DNA from: Isoptericola halotolerans
GTDB lineage: Bacteria; Actinomycetota; Actinomycetes; Actinomycetales; Cellulomonadaceae
Direction of reading: 5' to 3'
Assembly: GCF_013149785.1 (NCBI RefSeq)
Contig: NZ_JABEZU010000003.1
Span: 186,001 to 250,000, forward strand
Length of the DNA: 64,000 nucleotides
Shown: positions 52,545 to 62,281 of the stretch, in pieces
Layout: each line of letters opens with the position of its first letter
Numbering within the stretch: position 1 is the first letter of the stretch
The notes under the pieces: model-generated
What the model was told of the DNA's origin: nothing
What the model saw: only the letters and a program-made list of their open reading frames with translations
The model's database searches: none
Program-made: the position numbers and the translations under genes

Positions 52545-54167
52545 ATGACCAAGAACCTCACGAGCGGGCCCCCCACCCGGCTGATCGTGCTCTTCGCGCT
52601 CCCGCTGCTGGTGGGGAACATCTTCCAGCAGCTCTACCAGTTCACCGACGCAGTCGTCGTCGGGCGCCTGATCAGTGTGGACGCCCTGGCGTCCGTGGGG
52701 GCCACCGGCGCAGTGATCTTCCTGCTCATCGGATTGTCGTGGGGGTCCTCCACCGGTCTGGCCATCCCGGTCGCGCGGGCCTACGGGGCCGGCGACCGTC
52801 AGGCCCTGGGCCGCACGGTCGCCGCCGGCACCGCGATCTCCGCCGGGCTGGCGGTCTTCATCACCGTCGTCGGCGTCGTGACCGCACGCCCGCTGCTGGA
52901 GCTGCTGGAGACCCCGCCCGAGCTCGTCGACGACGCCGTGGCCTACCTCGAGGTGACCTTCTGGGGCGCCTCGGCGATGGTGGCGTTCAACTACCTGTCG
53001 GCGATCATCCGCGCCCTCGGCGACAGCCGCACGCCGCTGGTGTTCCTGGTGCTCTCGTGCCTGATCAACGCGGTGCTCGTGGTGGCCCTCGTCGGCGGTC
53101 TCGGGATGGGCGTGGCCGGAGCAGCGCTGGCCACGGTCGTCGCGCAGGTGCTGTCGGTGGCCGCGTGCCTCGAGCTCGTCCGGCGGCGGATGCCCGAGCT
53201 CGCCCCCCGGGGCGAGGACTGGCGGCTGCGCTGGTCGGACCTCGACGAACCGGTGCGGGTCGGGCTGTCCATGGGGCTGCAGATGTCCGTCATCGCGGTC
53301 GGTGCGGTGGTGCTGCAGTACGCGGTCAACTCCCTCGGAGCCTCTGCCGTGGCCGCCTTCACCGCGGCGGCTCGCGTCGACATGCTCGCCGTCACGCCGC
53401 TCAACTCGCTGGGTCTGGCCCTGGCGACCTACGTGGCGCAGAACCGCGGCGCGGGCAGCTGGCGGCGCGTGCGGGCGGGCGTGCTGCGCACCACCTGGCT
53501 GGCGCTCGGTTGCGCCGTCGCGCTCGGCGGCGTCGTGATCACCGCCGGTGTCCCGCTCGTACGGCTGTTCGTCGGCGACGACGACGCCGTGGTCGCCATG
53601 GCGCGTCAGTACCTCGTCGTCAGCGGCGTGCTGTACGGGTTCCTCGCCCTGCTGTTCGTCTACCGCAACGCCGTGCAAGGCCTGGGACGTGCGGGGTCAC
53701 CGACCGTCTCGGGGTTCGCCGAGCTCGTGCTGCGGGCGGTGGCCGGGATCGTCCTGGTGCGCGAGCTCGGGTTCCTCGGGGTGTGCCTGGCCGCGCCCCT
53801 GGCATGGGTCGGCGGACTGGTGCCGGTCGCCGTGGCCTGGTTCCGAGAGCGCGCCCGGATGGCCGGCCCCGTCGCGCCCGTCGCGCGTGCTGTGCCGGTG
53901 GGGGTCCAGGTCGACGACGCGGCCGAGACGCCCCTGCCGCCGGTGCGTCGCCGTCGGACCTCCCGGGCCGGTCGGACCTCGCGACCGGCCAAGACGCCAC
54001 GGGGTCACGTCCGGCCGGGTCGGTCGCCCGTCAGGGACGGCCTGCACGGCGGTGCGGTCCCGGTCCGACGGGGGACGGCCCCCGCCCCAGCAGGTCACCG
54101 AGTCGCGCGGCCAGGCGCACCGAGGCGTCGATCTCTGCGCGTCGGATCGAGACGGACTCGACGTTGA
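52545..54167 (+). CDS. MATE-family efflux transporter (long C-terminal tail)
   Basis: FALPLLVGNIFQQLY..D, RALGDSRTPL, GMGVAGAALAT, QNRGA. Confidence 0.92.
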   Translation: MTKNLTSGPPTRLIVLFALPLLVGNIFQQLYQFTDAVVVGRLISVDALASVGATGAVIFLLIGLSWGSSTGLAIPVARAYGAGDRQALGRTVAAGTAISAGLAVFITVVGVVTARPLLELLETPPELVDDAVAYLEVTFWGASAMVAFNYLSAIIRALGDSRTPLVFLVLSCLINAVLVVALVGGLGMGVAGAALATVVAQVLSVAACLELVRRRMPELAPRGEDWRLRWSDLDEPVRVGLSMGLQMSVIAVGAVVLQYAVNSLGASAVAAFTAAARVDMLAVTPLNSLGLALATYVAQNRGAGSWRRVRAGVLRTTWLALGCAVALGGVVITAGVPLVRLFVGDDDAVVAMARQYLVVSGVLYGFLALLFVYRNAVQGLGRAGSPTVSGFAELVLRAVAGIVLVRELGFLGVCLAAPLAWVGGLVPVAVAWFRERARMAGPVAPVARAVPVGVQVDDAAETPLPPVRRRRTSRAGRTSRPAKTPRGHVRPGRSPVRDGLHGGAVPVRRGTAPAPAGHRVARPGAPRRRSLRVGSRRTRR

Positions 54168-55002
54168 AGCCGAAGGGGATGTCGTGCCGGGTGCAGAACT
54201 GCGCCAGGTCCTCGGCGATCGACACGCACTGGTCGAAGGAGGTCGCGAGCGGGTCCGGTGCATGGCGCAGGTCGTTGCGCATCCAGCGCGGCACGTGCAC
54301 GCCGAGCCACTCGAGGAACTCGAGGGTCTTGCGCGACCCGCACACCGACAGCGTGAAGACCACCGGTGCGGGATCGCGCCCCTGCGCGGCGCAGTCGTAG
54401 CGGTAGTCGGAGACCATCGACTTCGCGGCACCGACGTCGTAGACGACCTGGGTGACGAAGAAGCCCACGCCGGCCGCCTGCTTGCGCCGCATCCGCTCGT
54501 GCTCGTCCCCGCGTGCCTCGTGCCGCTCGGGGATCGCCACTCCCCCGAGCTCGAGCTCCGGCGCGTGCCGGCGGCGCAGGTCCTGCGCCTCGCTCAGCGT
54601 GGTACGCACGGCGCTGCCGCTGGACGACGCGCCCACCAGCACCGTGCTCACCTGCTGCGGGTCCTGGGCGCCGAACCACCCTGCCAGCTCCCCGGTGGTG
54701 TACTTCCCGGTGCTGCGGTAGACGACCACGGGGCCGTCCCAGCCGGTGAGATGACGCGTGCGGAACTCCCCCGGGTCGAGCGTCGGCAGGTAGGGGAACG
54801 GCCGCTCGTCCGGGTTGCGGTCCGTCTCGTCGTCGATGTCGTACAGCACCAGGGCGTCCAGGTCGAGGTCGCGCAGGCGCTCGCAGGTGCGGTCCGCGAT
54901 GCGCTGGGCGTCCTCTGCCGTGGTCGTGCGTCGTGGCGGGGTGACGGCGAAGAGCAGCAGCGGACGCTGCGGGTCGGCGGTGCTCCAGGGGCCGAGGGCC
55001 AT
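54031..55002 (-). CDS. Mycobacterial-type methylenetetrahydrofolate reductase (Rv2172c-like)
   Basis: TPP, LYDIDDE..RNPDERPFP, GGVAIPERH, FFVTQ, NVESVSIR. Confidence 0.82.
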   Translation of the reverse strand: MALGPWSTADPQRPLLLFAVTPPRRTTTAEDAQRIADRTCERLRDLDLDALVLYDIDDETDRNPDERPFPYLPTLDPGEFRTRHLTGWDGPVVVYRSTGKYTTGELAGWFGAQDPQQVSTVLVGASSSGSAVRTTLSEAQDLRRRHAPELELGGVAIPERHEARGDEHERMRRKQAAGVGFFVTQVVYDVGAAKSMVSDYRYDCAAQGRDPAPVVFTLSVCGSRKTLEFLEWLGVHVPRWMRNDLRHAPDPLATSFDQCVSIAEDLAQFCTRHDIPFGFNVESVSIRRAEIDASVRLAARLGDLLGRGPSPVGPGPHRRAGRP

Positions 55003-55029
55003 CGGGACTCCGTCTCGGGGGCGTGGCGG

Positions 55030-55449
55030 TCAGTCGTGCTCGACGAGCACGACGGTCACATCCTGCCCGGTGAGCCTGAGGTTGTCCCCGTCGAACGCAA
55101 GGGCCGGGCCGGATGCGACGAGGTCGCTGAACCACTGGTCCTGGGCCATGAGCTCGTCGCTGCACGCCATCATCGTCGACCGCATCTCGCCGGTCAGCCG
55201 CAGCGTGCCGTCCTCCCAGGTGGCCGGTGCGGACATGCTGTTGCAGCCAGGCTGCAGCCCGACCGAGTCCTCGGTGAACGCCACCACGACCTGCGAGCCG
55301 GCGGCGAGCTCGTGCCCGGTCACCTCGACCGCGACGAAGGTTCGCCCGGCCACGTCCTGGGCGCCGGTGGTCCCGCAGGCCGCGAGCGCCGTCGCCACCA
55401 CGGCGGCGGCCAGGGCGACGGGAGGCCAGGTCAGGTGTGTGCTCCTCAC
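55030..55449 (-). CDS. META-domain lipoprotein
   Basis: Lipobox LAAC, GCN, STMMAC. Confidence 0.88.
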   Translation of the reverse strand: MRSTHLTWPPVALAAAVVATALAACGTTGAQDVAGRTFVAVEVTGHELAAGSQVVVAFTEDSVGLQPGCNSMSAPATWEDGTLRLTGEMRSTMMACSDELMAQDQWFSDLVASGPALAFDGDNLRLTGQDVTVVLVEHD

Positions 55450-55488
55450 CCGCACAGGCTAGTGCCCCGTGATGGCCGGCGAGTGGTC

Positions 55489-56871
55489 TCAGGAGGTCGA
55501 GACCGAGCGCACCGCTTCGGCGACGGCCTCGGCGACGCGGTGGTCGAACACCCCGGGGATGACGAAGGCGCTGTTGAGCTCGTCGTCGTCGACGACGTCG
55601 GCGATCGCCAGGGCGGCGACGCGCAGCAGGTCGTCGGTGATCTCGGTGGCGCCGACGTCGAGCAGGCCGCGGAAGAGCCCGGGGAAGGCGAGGACGTTGT
55701 TGATCTGGTTGGGGTGGTCGCTGCGGCCGGTGGCCACGACGGCGGCGTGCTCGGCCGCGGCGATGGGGTCGACCTCGGGGGTGGGGTTGGCCAGGGCGAA
55801 CACGATCGCGTCGTCGTTCATGGTGGCGATGTCGGCCCCGGTGAGGATGTTGCCGGCGGAGACACCGATGAAGACGTCCGCGCCGGCCAGGCCTTCGCGC
55901 AGGGTGCCGGTGAACCGGTCGGTGTTGGTGTTCTCGGAGATCCAGCGGCGGTGGGGGTCGCCGTTGGTCAGGCCGGGGTGCAGGGCGCCCTCGCGCCCGA
56001 AGGCGACGATGTGCGCGGCTCCTTGGGCCTTGAGCAGGCGGATGATGGCGTTGCCCGCCGCGCCGACGCCGGAGACGGCGATCCGCACCTCGGACAGCTC
56101 CTTGCCGACGACCTTGAGGGCGTTGACCAGGGCGGCGAGCACGACGATGGCGGTGCCGTGCTGGTCGTCGTGGAAGACGGGGATGTCGAGCTCGGCGCGG
56201 AGCCGCGCCTCGATCTCGAAGCAGCGCGGTGCGGAGATGTCCTCGAGGTTGACTCCCCCGTACACGGGTGCGAGGGCCTTGACGATCGAGATGATCTCCT
56301 CGGTGTCGGTGGTGTCCAGGCACACGGGCCAGGCGTCGACGCCGCCGAACTGCTTGAACAGCGCTGCCTTGCCCTCCATGACGGGCAGGGCGGCGGCGGG
56401 GCCGATGTCGCCGAGGCCGAGCACCGCGGTGCCGTCGGTGACCACGGCCACGGTGTTGCGCTTGATGGTGAGGCGGCGGGCGTCGTCGGGGTTCTCGGCG
56501 ATGGCGGTGCACACGCGGGCGACGCCGGGGGTGTAGGCGCGTGACAGGTCGCGGCGTGTCTTGATGGGTGTCTTGAGCGCCACCTCGATCTTGCCGCCGA
56601 GGTGCAGCAGGAAGGTCGAGTCGGACCACTTGAGCACGTGCACCCCCGCCAGCGCCTCGAGGGTGGCCACGACCTGCTCGCTGTGCTGGGTGTCGACGGT
56701 GTCGCAGGTGACGTCCACCACGAGTCCGTCGGGGGTGGAGTGGGCGATGTCGACGCCGGTGACCGCGGCGCCGGCGTCGGCGACGGCGGCCACCACGGTG
56801 CTGGTGGCACGCTGGGAGGCGGGGACCTGCACGCGCAGGGTGATGGTGTAGCCAGGGCTGGGCAGTGCCAC
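55489..56871 (-). CDS. NAD(P)-dependent malic enzyme with N-terminal ACT domain
   Basis: AYTPGVA, TDGTAVLGLG, NLEDI, FHDDQHGT, ANPTPE, NQINN. Confidence 0.95.
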   Translation of the reverse strand: MALPSPGYTITLRVQVPASQRATSTVVAAVADAGAAVTGVDIAHSTPDGLVVDVTCDTVDTQHSEQVVATLEALAGVHVLKWSDSTFLLHLGGKIEVALKTPIKTRRDLSRAYTPGVARVCTAIAENPDDARRLTIKRNTVAVVTDGTAVLGLGDIGPAAALPVMEGKAALFKQFGGVDAWPVCLDTTDTEEIISIVKALAPVYGGVNLEDISAPRCFEIEARLRAELDIPVFHDDQHGTAIVVLAALVNALKVVGKELSEVRIAVSGVGAAGNAIIRLLKAQGAAHIVAFGREGALHPGLTNGDPHRRWISENTNTDRFTGTLREGLAGADVFIGVSAGNILTGADIATMNDDAIVFALANPTPEVDPIAAAEHAAVVATGRSDHPNQINNVLAFPGLFRGLLDVGATEITDDLLRVAALAIADVVDDDELNSAFVIPGVFDHRVAEAVAEAVRSVSTS

Positions 56872-56952
56872 GGCGGTTCCCTTCGAGACGGCGACGTTGC
56901 CGGCGCCCAACCTACCGGACCTGACCTGCCGGCCGGCACAGGCCGGCGCCGG

Positions 56953-58317
56953 TCACTGCGCAGTCGACCGGCACCCTGCGGCGCGTGCGAGGTGCAGCAC
57001 GGTGGCACCTGCCAGGACCATGACGAGGGCGCCGGTGGGAAGGACGAGAGGGCCGTGGCGGCCGGTCCCGGCGACCGTGAGCCACAGCAGGCCACCGACG
57101 GTGGCCGCGTACGCGCCGACGACCGGCCCGGTGCGTGCCAGGCGGGCCGCGGCGGCCGCACGCCGGGTGCGGTGGCCGTCGGTGGGTACGCCCGGGCGGC
57201 GACGTGCGGAGGCACGGTTCTCGATCGGGGCGAGCAGCATCACGAGCACGGCCAGGACCACGGCGAGCGCCGCGAGCCAGGGGACGCGCCCGGACCACCA
57301 CGCGGTGGTGCTCGGGTCGCTGGGGGGCAGCCACCCGAGCGTGTCGAGGGCGAGCGCGCCGAGCAGGGCGGCGACCAGGTGCCACAGGTAGACGGTGAGC
57401 ACGACGGTGTTGACGGCGACCACCGCGGTCCAGGGGCCCGGGCGGGCCAGCCACTGCCGGGCGGGCCGTGAGAGGAGGGCGACGACGCCGAGCTGGGTGG
57501 TGGCGAGCGCCAGGAGCGCCAGGGTGGGTGGTGCGGGGTTCTGCATCGCGGCCCCGGGCACGGTCACCATGCTCACGGGGTAGGGTCCGGGCACGGTGAG
57601 CAGCACGAGCGCGGCCATGCCGGCGACGACGATCAGTGCGGCGCGTCGGGGGCCGAGCGCCAGGGTGCCGTCGTGCCAGGCGTAGCCGGCGTGGTGGACG
57701 GCGAGCCAGCCGAAGACGAAGCTGCCGGCCCCGGCGAGCTCGTGGCCGGTGGTGAACCGCAGCAGGTCGCCGGCGGCGACGCCGGCGACCAGGACGACGG
57801 GCACGGCGAGGCCGTAGCGTTCGTGCAGCCGGTAGGTCAGGGGTGTCAGCGCGGTCACGCCGAGGTAGACCACGAGGAACCACAGCGGCAGGATCACGAG
57901 CGCGACGGCCTGCTCGACGACGTCGGGCGGGGCGTGTGCCAGCCGGGCGACGCCGGCCCCGGCGGCCACGACGAGCAGGAAGACGGTCAGCGGCGGGAAC
58001 AACCGGGCGCTGCGGTCGAGCAGCCAGGCCGTGGCGGTCTCGCCGCGGTCGCGCTGGTGGGTCCACGAGATCGCGCTGACGGCACCGCCGACGAGGAAGA
58101 ACACCGGCATGACCTGGAACAACCAGGTCAGCCCGTGGGCCCAGGCCAGCTGCGGCAGGGCGGTGAAGCCGGTCAGGTGGCCGTCGTGCGTGCGTCCCAC
58201 GGTCATCAGGAGCCAGTGCCCCACGACGACGGCGCAGATCGCGGCGGCGCGCAGCAGGTCGAGGTCACGGCGTCGTGACGCCGGCGTGCGTGCCGCCGCC
58301 TGCCTGATCGGGCGCAC
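56953..58317 (-). CDS. Acyltransferase-3 family membrane protein
   Basis: DLLRA..VVVGHW, QVMPVFFLVGG, LWFL, TVYLWH. Confidence 0.88.
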   Translation of the reverse strand: MRPIRQAAARTPASRRRDLDLLRAAAICAVVVGHWLLMTVGRTHDGHLTGFTALPQLAWAHGLTWLFQVMPVFFLVGGAVSAISWTHQRDRGETATAWLLDRSARLFPPLTVFLLVVAAGAGVARLAHAPPDVVEQAVALVILPLWFLVVYLGVTALTPLTYRLHERYGLAVPVVLVAGVAAGDLLRFTTGHELAGAGSFVFGWLAVHHAGYAWHDGTLALGPRRAALIVVAGMAALVLLTVPGPYPVSMVTVPGAAMQNPAPPTLALLALATTQLGVVALLSRPARQWLARPGPWTAVVAVNTVVLTVYLWHLVAALLGALALDTLGWLPPSDPSTTAWWSGRVPWLAALAVVLAVLVMLLAPIENRASARRRPGVPTDGHRTRRAAAAARLARTGPVVGAYAATVGGLLWLTVAGTGRHGPLVLPTGALVMVLAGATVLHLARAAGCRSTAQ

Positions 58318-58426
58318 CGTCCCACGGTATCGAGACGGCGGCTCCAGGCATGTCGGGCGCTCGCGCACCCGGGTGCCGCGAGCGCGGACGGGGGGCGGCC
58401 ACCGGTGTGCCGGTAGGTTGCCGTGG

Positions 58427-59281
58427 GTGACCAGCGACCTTCCCGGCCTCGACGACGCCCAGCGTGCGCTCGTGCGGTCCTGGTTGGGTGAGACGGCGCT
58501 CGTGGCCGACCACTCCTGGGGCCTCACCGACACCGCGGTGCTCCGCCTGCGGGCCGAGGACGGCACGCACGTCGCGGTGAAGGCCTCCGGGCCCGCCGAC
58601 CACCACCTGGATCGCGAGATCGTCGCCCACCAGACGCTGCTGGCGCCGCTGGTGTCCGGTGGGCGGGTGCCGCGGCTGCTGCACGCCGACCGCGAGCGCC
58701 ACCTGCTGGCCACCGCGTGGCTGCCGGGCGACCTCGTCGAGGGAGGTGCGGCCGAGAACGACCCGGACACCTACCGCCAGGCGGGCGAGCTGCTGGCGAG
58801 CCTGCACGCGCTGGGTACGCACGTGGACGGCGACTGGGAGGCGGCGCAGGACGCGCGCGCGATGCAGTGGCTGGACGCGCCGCACCGCATCGACGCCCGT
58901 CGCGAGGAGCGGCTGCGTGCGGTGGTGGCGGCGCACGCGCACCCGCCGGTGCGGGTGGTGCCCACCCACGGCGACTTCCACCCGCGCAACTGGGTCGTCG
59001 ACGACGGCGTGGTACGCCTCATCGACTTCGGGCGGGCGGACTGGCGCGCGCCGTGCACGGACCTGGCCCGCCTGGACCGTCAGCAGCTGGCCGGTCGCGA
59101 GGATCTCGCTGCGGCGTTCGTGGCCGGCTACGGCGGTGACCCGCGCACGGGGTCCGCCTGGCGGCGCACCCTGGTGCGCGAGGCGATCGGGACGGCGGTG
59201 TGGGCCTGTCGGGTCGGTGACACCAGGTTCGAGGCGCACGGTCACCGCCTGATCGACGCGGCGCTCAGGGACGGCGGCTGA
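58427..59281 (+). CDS. Aminoglycoside phosphotransferase-like kinase
   Basis: VAVK, HGDFHPRNW, LIDFG. Confidence 0.88.
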   Translation: MTSDLPGLDDAQRALVRSWLGETALVADHSWGLTDTAVLRLRAEDGTHVAVKASGPADHHLDREIVAHQTLLAPLVSGGRVPRLLHADRERHLLATAWLPGDLVEGGAAENDPDTYRQAGELLASLHALGTHVDGDWEAAQDARAMQWLDAPHRIDARREERLRAVVAAHAHPPVRVVPTHGDFHPRNWVVDDGVVRLIDFGRADWRAPCTDLARLDRQQLAGREDLAAAFVAGYGGDPRTGSAWRRTLVREAIGTAVWACRVGDTRFEAHGHRLIDAALRDGG

Positions 59282-59302
59282 CGCACCGGCCGGCGTCGAA
59301 CC

Positions 59303-60322
59303 TCAGCGCCACCCGAGCGCCGGGGCGACGTGCTGCACGACGTTCTCCACGACGTGCGCGTTGTACTCCACCCCGAGCTGGTTGGGCACCGTCAGCAGCA
59401 GCGTGTCGGCCGCGGCGATCGCGGTGTCGCCCTCCAGGTCGGCCACGATCTCGTCGATCTCGCCGGCGTAGGTCTTGCCGAACCGGGCCCGGACGCCGTC
59501 GAGGATGCCGACCTGGTCGGTCGAGCGGGTCTCGAGCCCGAAGTAGGCGCGGTCGCGGTCGTCGGTGATCGGGAAGATCGACCGGGACACCGACACGCGC
59601 GGCTCCCAGGGGTGACCCGCGGCGGACCAGGCGTCGCGGAACCGCTGGATCTGCTCGGCCTGCAACGCGTGGAACGGCACCCCGGTGTCCTCGGTGAGCA
59701 GCGTCGAGCTCATGAGGTTCATCCCCTGGGCGGCGGTCCACTCGGCGGTCGCGCGCGAGCCCGCCCCCCACCAGATGCGCCGTCGCAGGCCCGGCGAGTG
59801 CGGTTCAAGGCGCAGCAGGCCGGGCGGGTTGGGGAACATCGGTCGCGGGCTCGGCTCCGCGAACCCCTCGCCGTCCAGCAGCTCGAGGAACCGTGCGGTG
59901 TGCCGGCGGGCCATGGCGGCGTCGTCCTCCCCCGTGGCCGGGACGTGGTCGAAGTGCCGGTAGCCCTCGATGACCTGCTCGGGTGATCCCCGCGAGATGC
60001 CGAGCTGGAGCCGCCCGCCGGAGATGAGGTCCGCCGCTCCGGCGTCCTCGGCCATGTAGGCGGGGTTCTCGTAGCGCATGTCGATCACGCCCGTGCCGAT
60101 CTCGATGCGGCTCGTGCGCGCCCCGACCGCGGCCAGCAGCGGGAACGGGCTGGCCAGCTGACGGGCGAAGTGGTGCACCCGGAAGTACGCACCGTCGGCC
60201 CCGAGCTCCTCGACGGCCTCGGCGAGCTCGATCGACTGCGTCAGCACGTCCGCGGCGCTGCGAGTCGCCGAGGACGGGTGGTCGGTCCAGTGACCGAAGG
60301 ACAGGAACCCGATGTGCTTCAT
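59303..60322 (-). CDS. LLM-class flavin-dependent oxidoreductase
   Basis: MKHIGFLSFGHW, RVHHF, GTGVIDMRYENP, LGISRGSPE. Confidence 0.93.
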   Translation of the reverse strand: MKHIGFLSFGHWTDHPSSATRSAADVLTQSIELAEAVEELGADGAYFRVHHFARQLASPFPLLAAVGARTSRIEIGTGVIDMRYENPAYMAEDAGAADLISGGRLQLGISRGSPEQVIEGYRHFDHVPATGEDDAAMARRHTARFLELLDGEGFAEPSPRPMFPNPPGLLRLEPHSPGLRRRIWWGAGSRATAEWTAAQGMNLMSSTLLTEDTGVPFHALQAEQIQRFRDAWSAAGHPWEPRVSVSRSIFPITDDRDRAYFGLETRSTDQVGILDGVRARFGKTYAGEIDEIVADLEGDTAIAAADTLLLTVPNQLGVEYNAHVVENVVQHVAPALGWR

Positions 60323-60400
60323 ACCGGCGTCAACGCGTGCCTGCGGGCGGCATTCCCGGCCGGGTCGACGTCCAGCCGCCCGGGCCATAGTGTCGAGCAC

Positions 60401-60922
60401 GTGCCCAGGGACCCGGTGGTGACGACCAGCGTGCTCGCCGTCCCGCGAGCGGTGCTGTGGCGCCACGCGACGTCGTTCGCCGGGATCCGGGCCGAGCTGT
60501 GGCCGTGGGTCGCGATGACCACCCCGCCGGCGATGCGTGGACCGGCCGGCGGCGCGCCGATGACGACGGGCGGCCCGCTGGGACGCAGCGTGCTCCTGCT
60601 GGGAGGCTGGTTCCCGGTCGAGTACGACGACGTGGTGGTCGCCCAGGTGGAACCCGGCCGTCGGTTCGTCGAACGGTCGCAGACCCTGACCATGGCGCGC
60701 TGGGAGCACGAGCGGGCGCTGGAGGACGTCGAACCGGGCGCGTGCCGGGTGCGTGACGTCGTCTCCTTCGACCTGCGGGCGGTGCCCCGCAGCGTCCCGG
60801 GCGCCGCCCGCGCGGTCCGCGCGACGGTGTCGGCCCTCTTCGCCCACCGGCACCGACGACTGCGCGCACGCTTCGGGGTCCCGGGGGCCGGAGCGCAGAC
60901 TGCTCGAGGTGCGGGCCCATGA
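60401..60922 (+). CDS. SRPBCC-like hypothetical protein
   Basis: AELWPWVAMT, RFVERS, WEHER, LFAHRHRRL; start uncertain. Confidence 0.7.
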   Translation: MPRDPVVTTSVLAVPRAVLWRHATSFAGIRAELWPWVAMTTPPAMRGPAGGAPMTTGGPLGRSVLLLGGWFPVEYDDVVVAQVEPGRRFVERSQTLTMARWEHERALEDVEPGACRVRDVVSFDLRAVPRSVPGAARAVRATVSALFAHRHRRLRARFGVPGAGAQTARGAGP

Positions 60923-61695
60923 TCCTCGCCCACGACGACGCCGGTGCCGGCACGCCCGTCCTGCTCGTGCACGCCGGCGTCGCCGACCGCCGCATGTGGG
61001 AACCCCTCGTCCCCGCGTTGAGCCACGCCTTCCGCGTGGTCCGCCCCGACCTGCGCGGGTTCGGTGACACACCGTTGCCGGGCGGCGAGTACGCCGACGC
61101 CGACGACCTCGCCACGCTCCTGGACCACCTGGACGTGGCCGACGCCGTCGTCGTCGGCTCCTCGTTCGGCGGGCGCGTCGCGCTCGAGCTGGCCGCCACC
61201 CATCCCGGTCGGGTGCGCGAGCTCGTCCTGCTCAACCCGGACCTGGACGGCGTCGCACCGACCGAGACCGCCGAGGCCTTCGACGCCGCGGAGGACCGGC
61301 TGCTGGAAGCCGACGACCTCGAGGGCGCCGTGCGCCTCAACGTCGCCACCTGGCTCGGCCCCGACGCAGACCTGTCGGTGCGCGAGGCGCTCGCGGCCAT
61401 GCAGCGCCGAGCGTTCGACATCCAGCTCGCCGCCGACGCCAGCGACGACCCTCCCGAGCCGCGCCGGGCGGCGGTGGACCTGGAGGCCGTCGTCGTGCCC
61501 ACGGTGGTGGTCACCGGCGCGCACGACATGGACCACTTCCGCCACCTCGCGGCGTACGCCGCCGAGCACATCGGCGGCGCGGAGCTCGTCGAGCTGGACT
61601 GGGCCGGTCACCTGCCGGCGCTCGAACGCCCCGACGCGGTGCGGGCGCTGCTGCTCGACGTGCTGCGCGACGACCCGACCGTGCACGCCCCCTGA
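60919..61695 (+). CDS. Alpha/beta-fold hydrolase
   Basis: DLRGFG, GSSFGG nucleophile, AGHLP. Confidence 0.92.
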   Translation: MILAHDDAGAGTPVLLVHAGVADRRMWEPLVPALSHAFRVVRPDLRGFGDTPLPGGEYADADDLATLLDHLDVADAVVVGSSFGGRVALELAATHPGRVRELVLLNPDLDGVAPTETAEAFDAAEDRLLEADDLEGAVRLNVATWLGPDADLSVREALAAMQRRAFDIQLAADASDDPPEPRRAAVDLEAVVVPTVVVTGAHDMDHFRHLAAYAAEHIGGAELVELDWAGHLPALERPDAVRALLLDVLRDDPTVHAP

Positions 61696-61699
61696 GACC

Positions 61700-62209
61700 T
61701 CAGGCCGGGCAGCCTTCCCGGGCACGTGGGGTGGCCGACGTCGGCTCCCCGGACGGGTCGAAGGATCGCTGCAGCGTGAAGGCCCACGCCGTCGGGCCGT
61801 GGGCACGCAGGTGCAGCACGCGCTCCTCGGCCTCGGCGACGGTGGGGCGATGGCCTGCGGTCACCCACCAGCACGCGGTGTAGGCCTCGGTCATCCGCGA
61901 GAACCACTCGCGCCGGCGCTGCAGCACGGCACGGTGCAGGCCGCCGTAGACGAACGTCGACAACGCGGCGAGGTCCTGCCACACCGACATGTTGACGATC
62001 ACGCCCGGCGAGTCGTCGACGTCGAACCGGAAACCCTCGATGTCCGTCGCGTCGCCCCCTTCGCTCTGCAGGCGCCACACGTAGCCCGGTGAGCTCTCGG
62101 CGAGGTGGTTCACCGGTGCCAGCAGGTCGACGAAGCCGGCGAGCGCCTCGCTGTCCAGCGGGGCCAGCAGGCGGGCGACGTTGACCTGGGCGAGCTCGAA
62201 CGACGACAT
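61700..62209 (-). CDS. DUF3291-family protein
   Basis: LAQVN, SPGYVWR, NMSVW, RREWF, WWV, HGPTAWAFT. Confidence 0.88.
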   Translation of the reverse strand: MSSFELAQVNVARLLAPLDSEALAGFVDLLAPVNHLAESSPGYVWRLQSEGGDATDIEGFRFDVDDSPGVIVNMSVWQDLAALSTFVYGGLHRAVLQRRREWFSRMTEAYTACWWVTAGHRPTVAEAEERVLHLRAHGPTAWAFTLQRSFDPSGEPTSATPRAREGCPA

Positions 62210-62281
62210 GGGCGCGATCCTGGCACAGCGGCGCCGCTGGCACCACGCCCGGTGTCCGGTACGGCGCTCGCGCCCGGCCGT

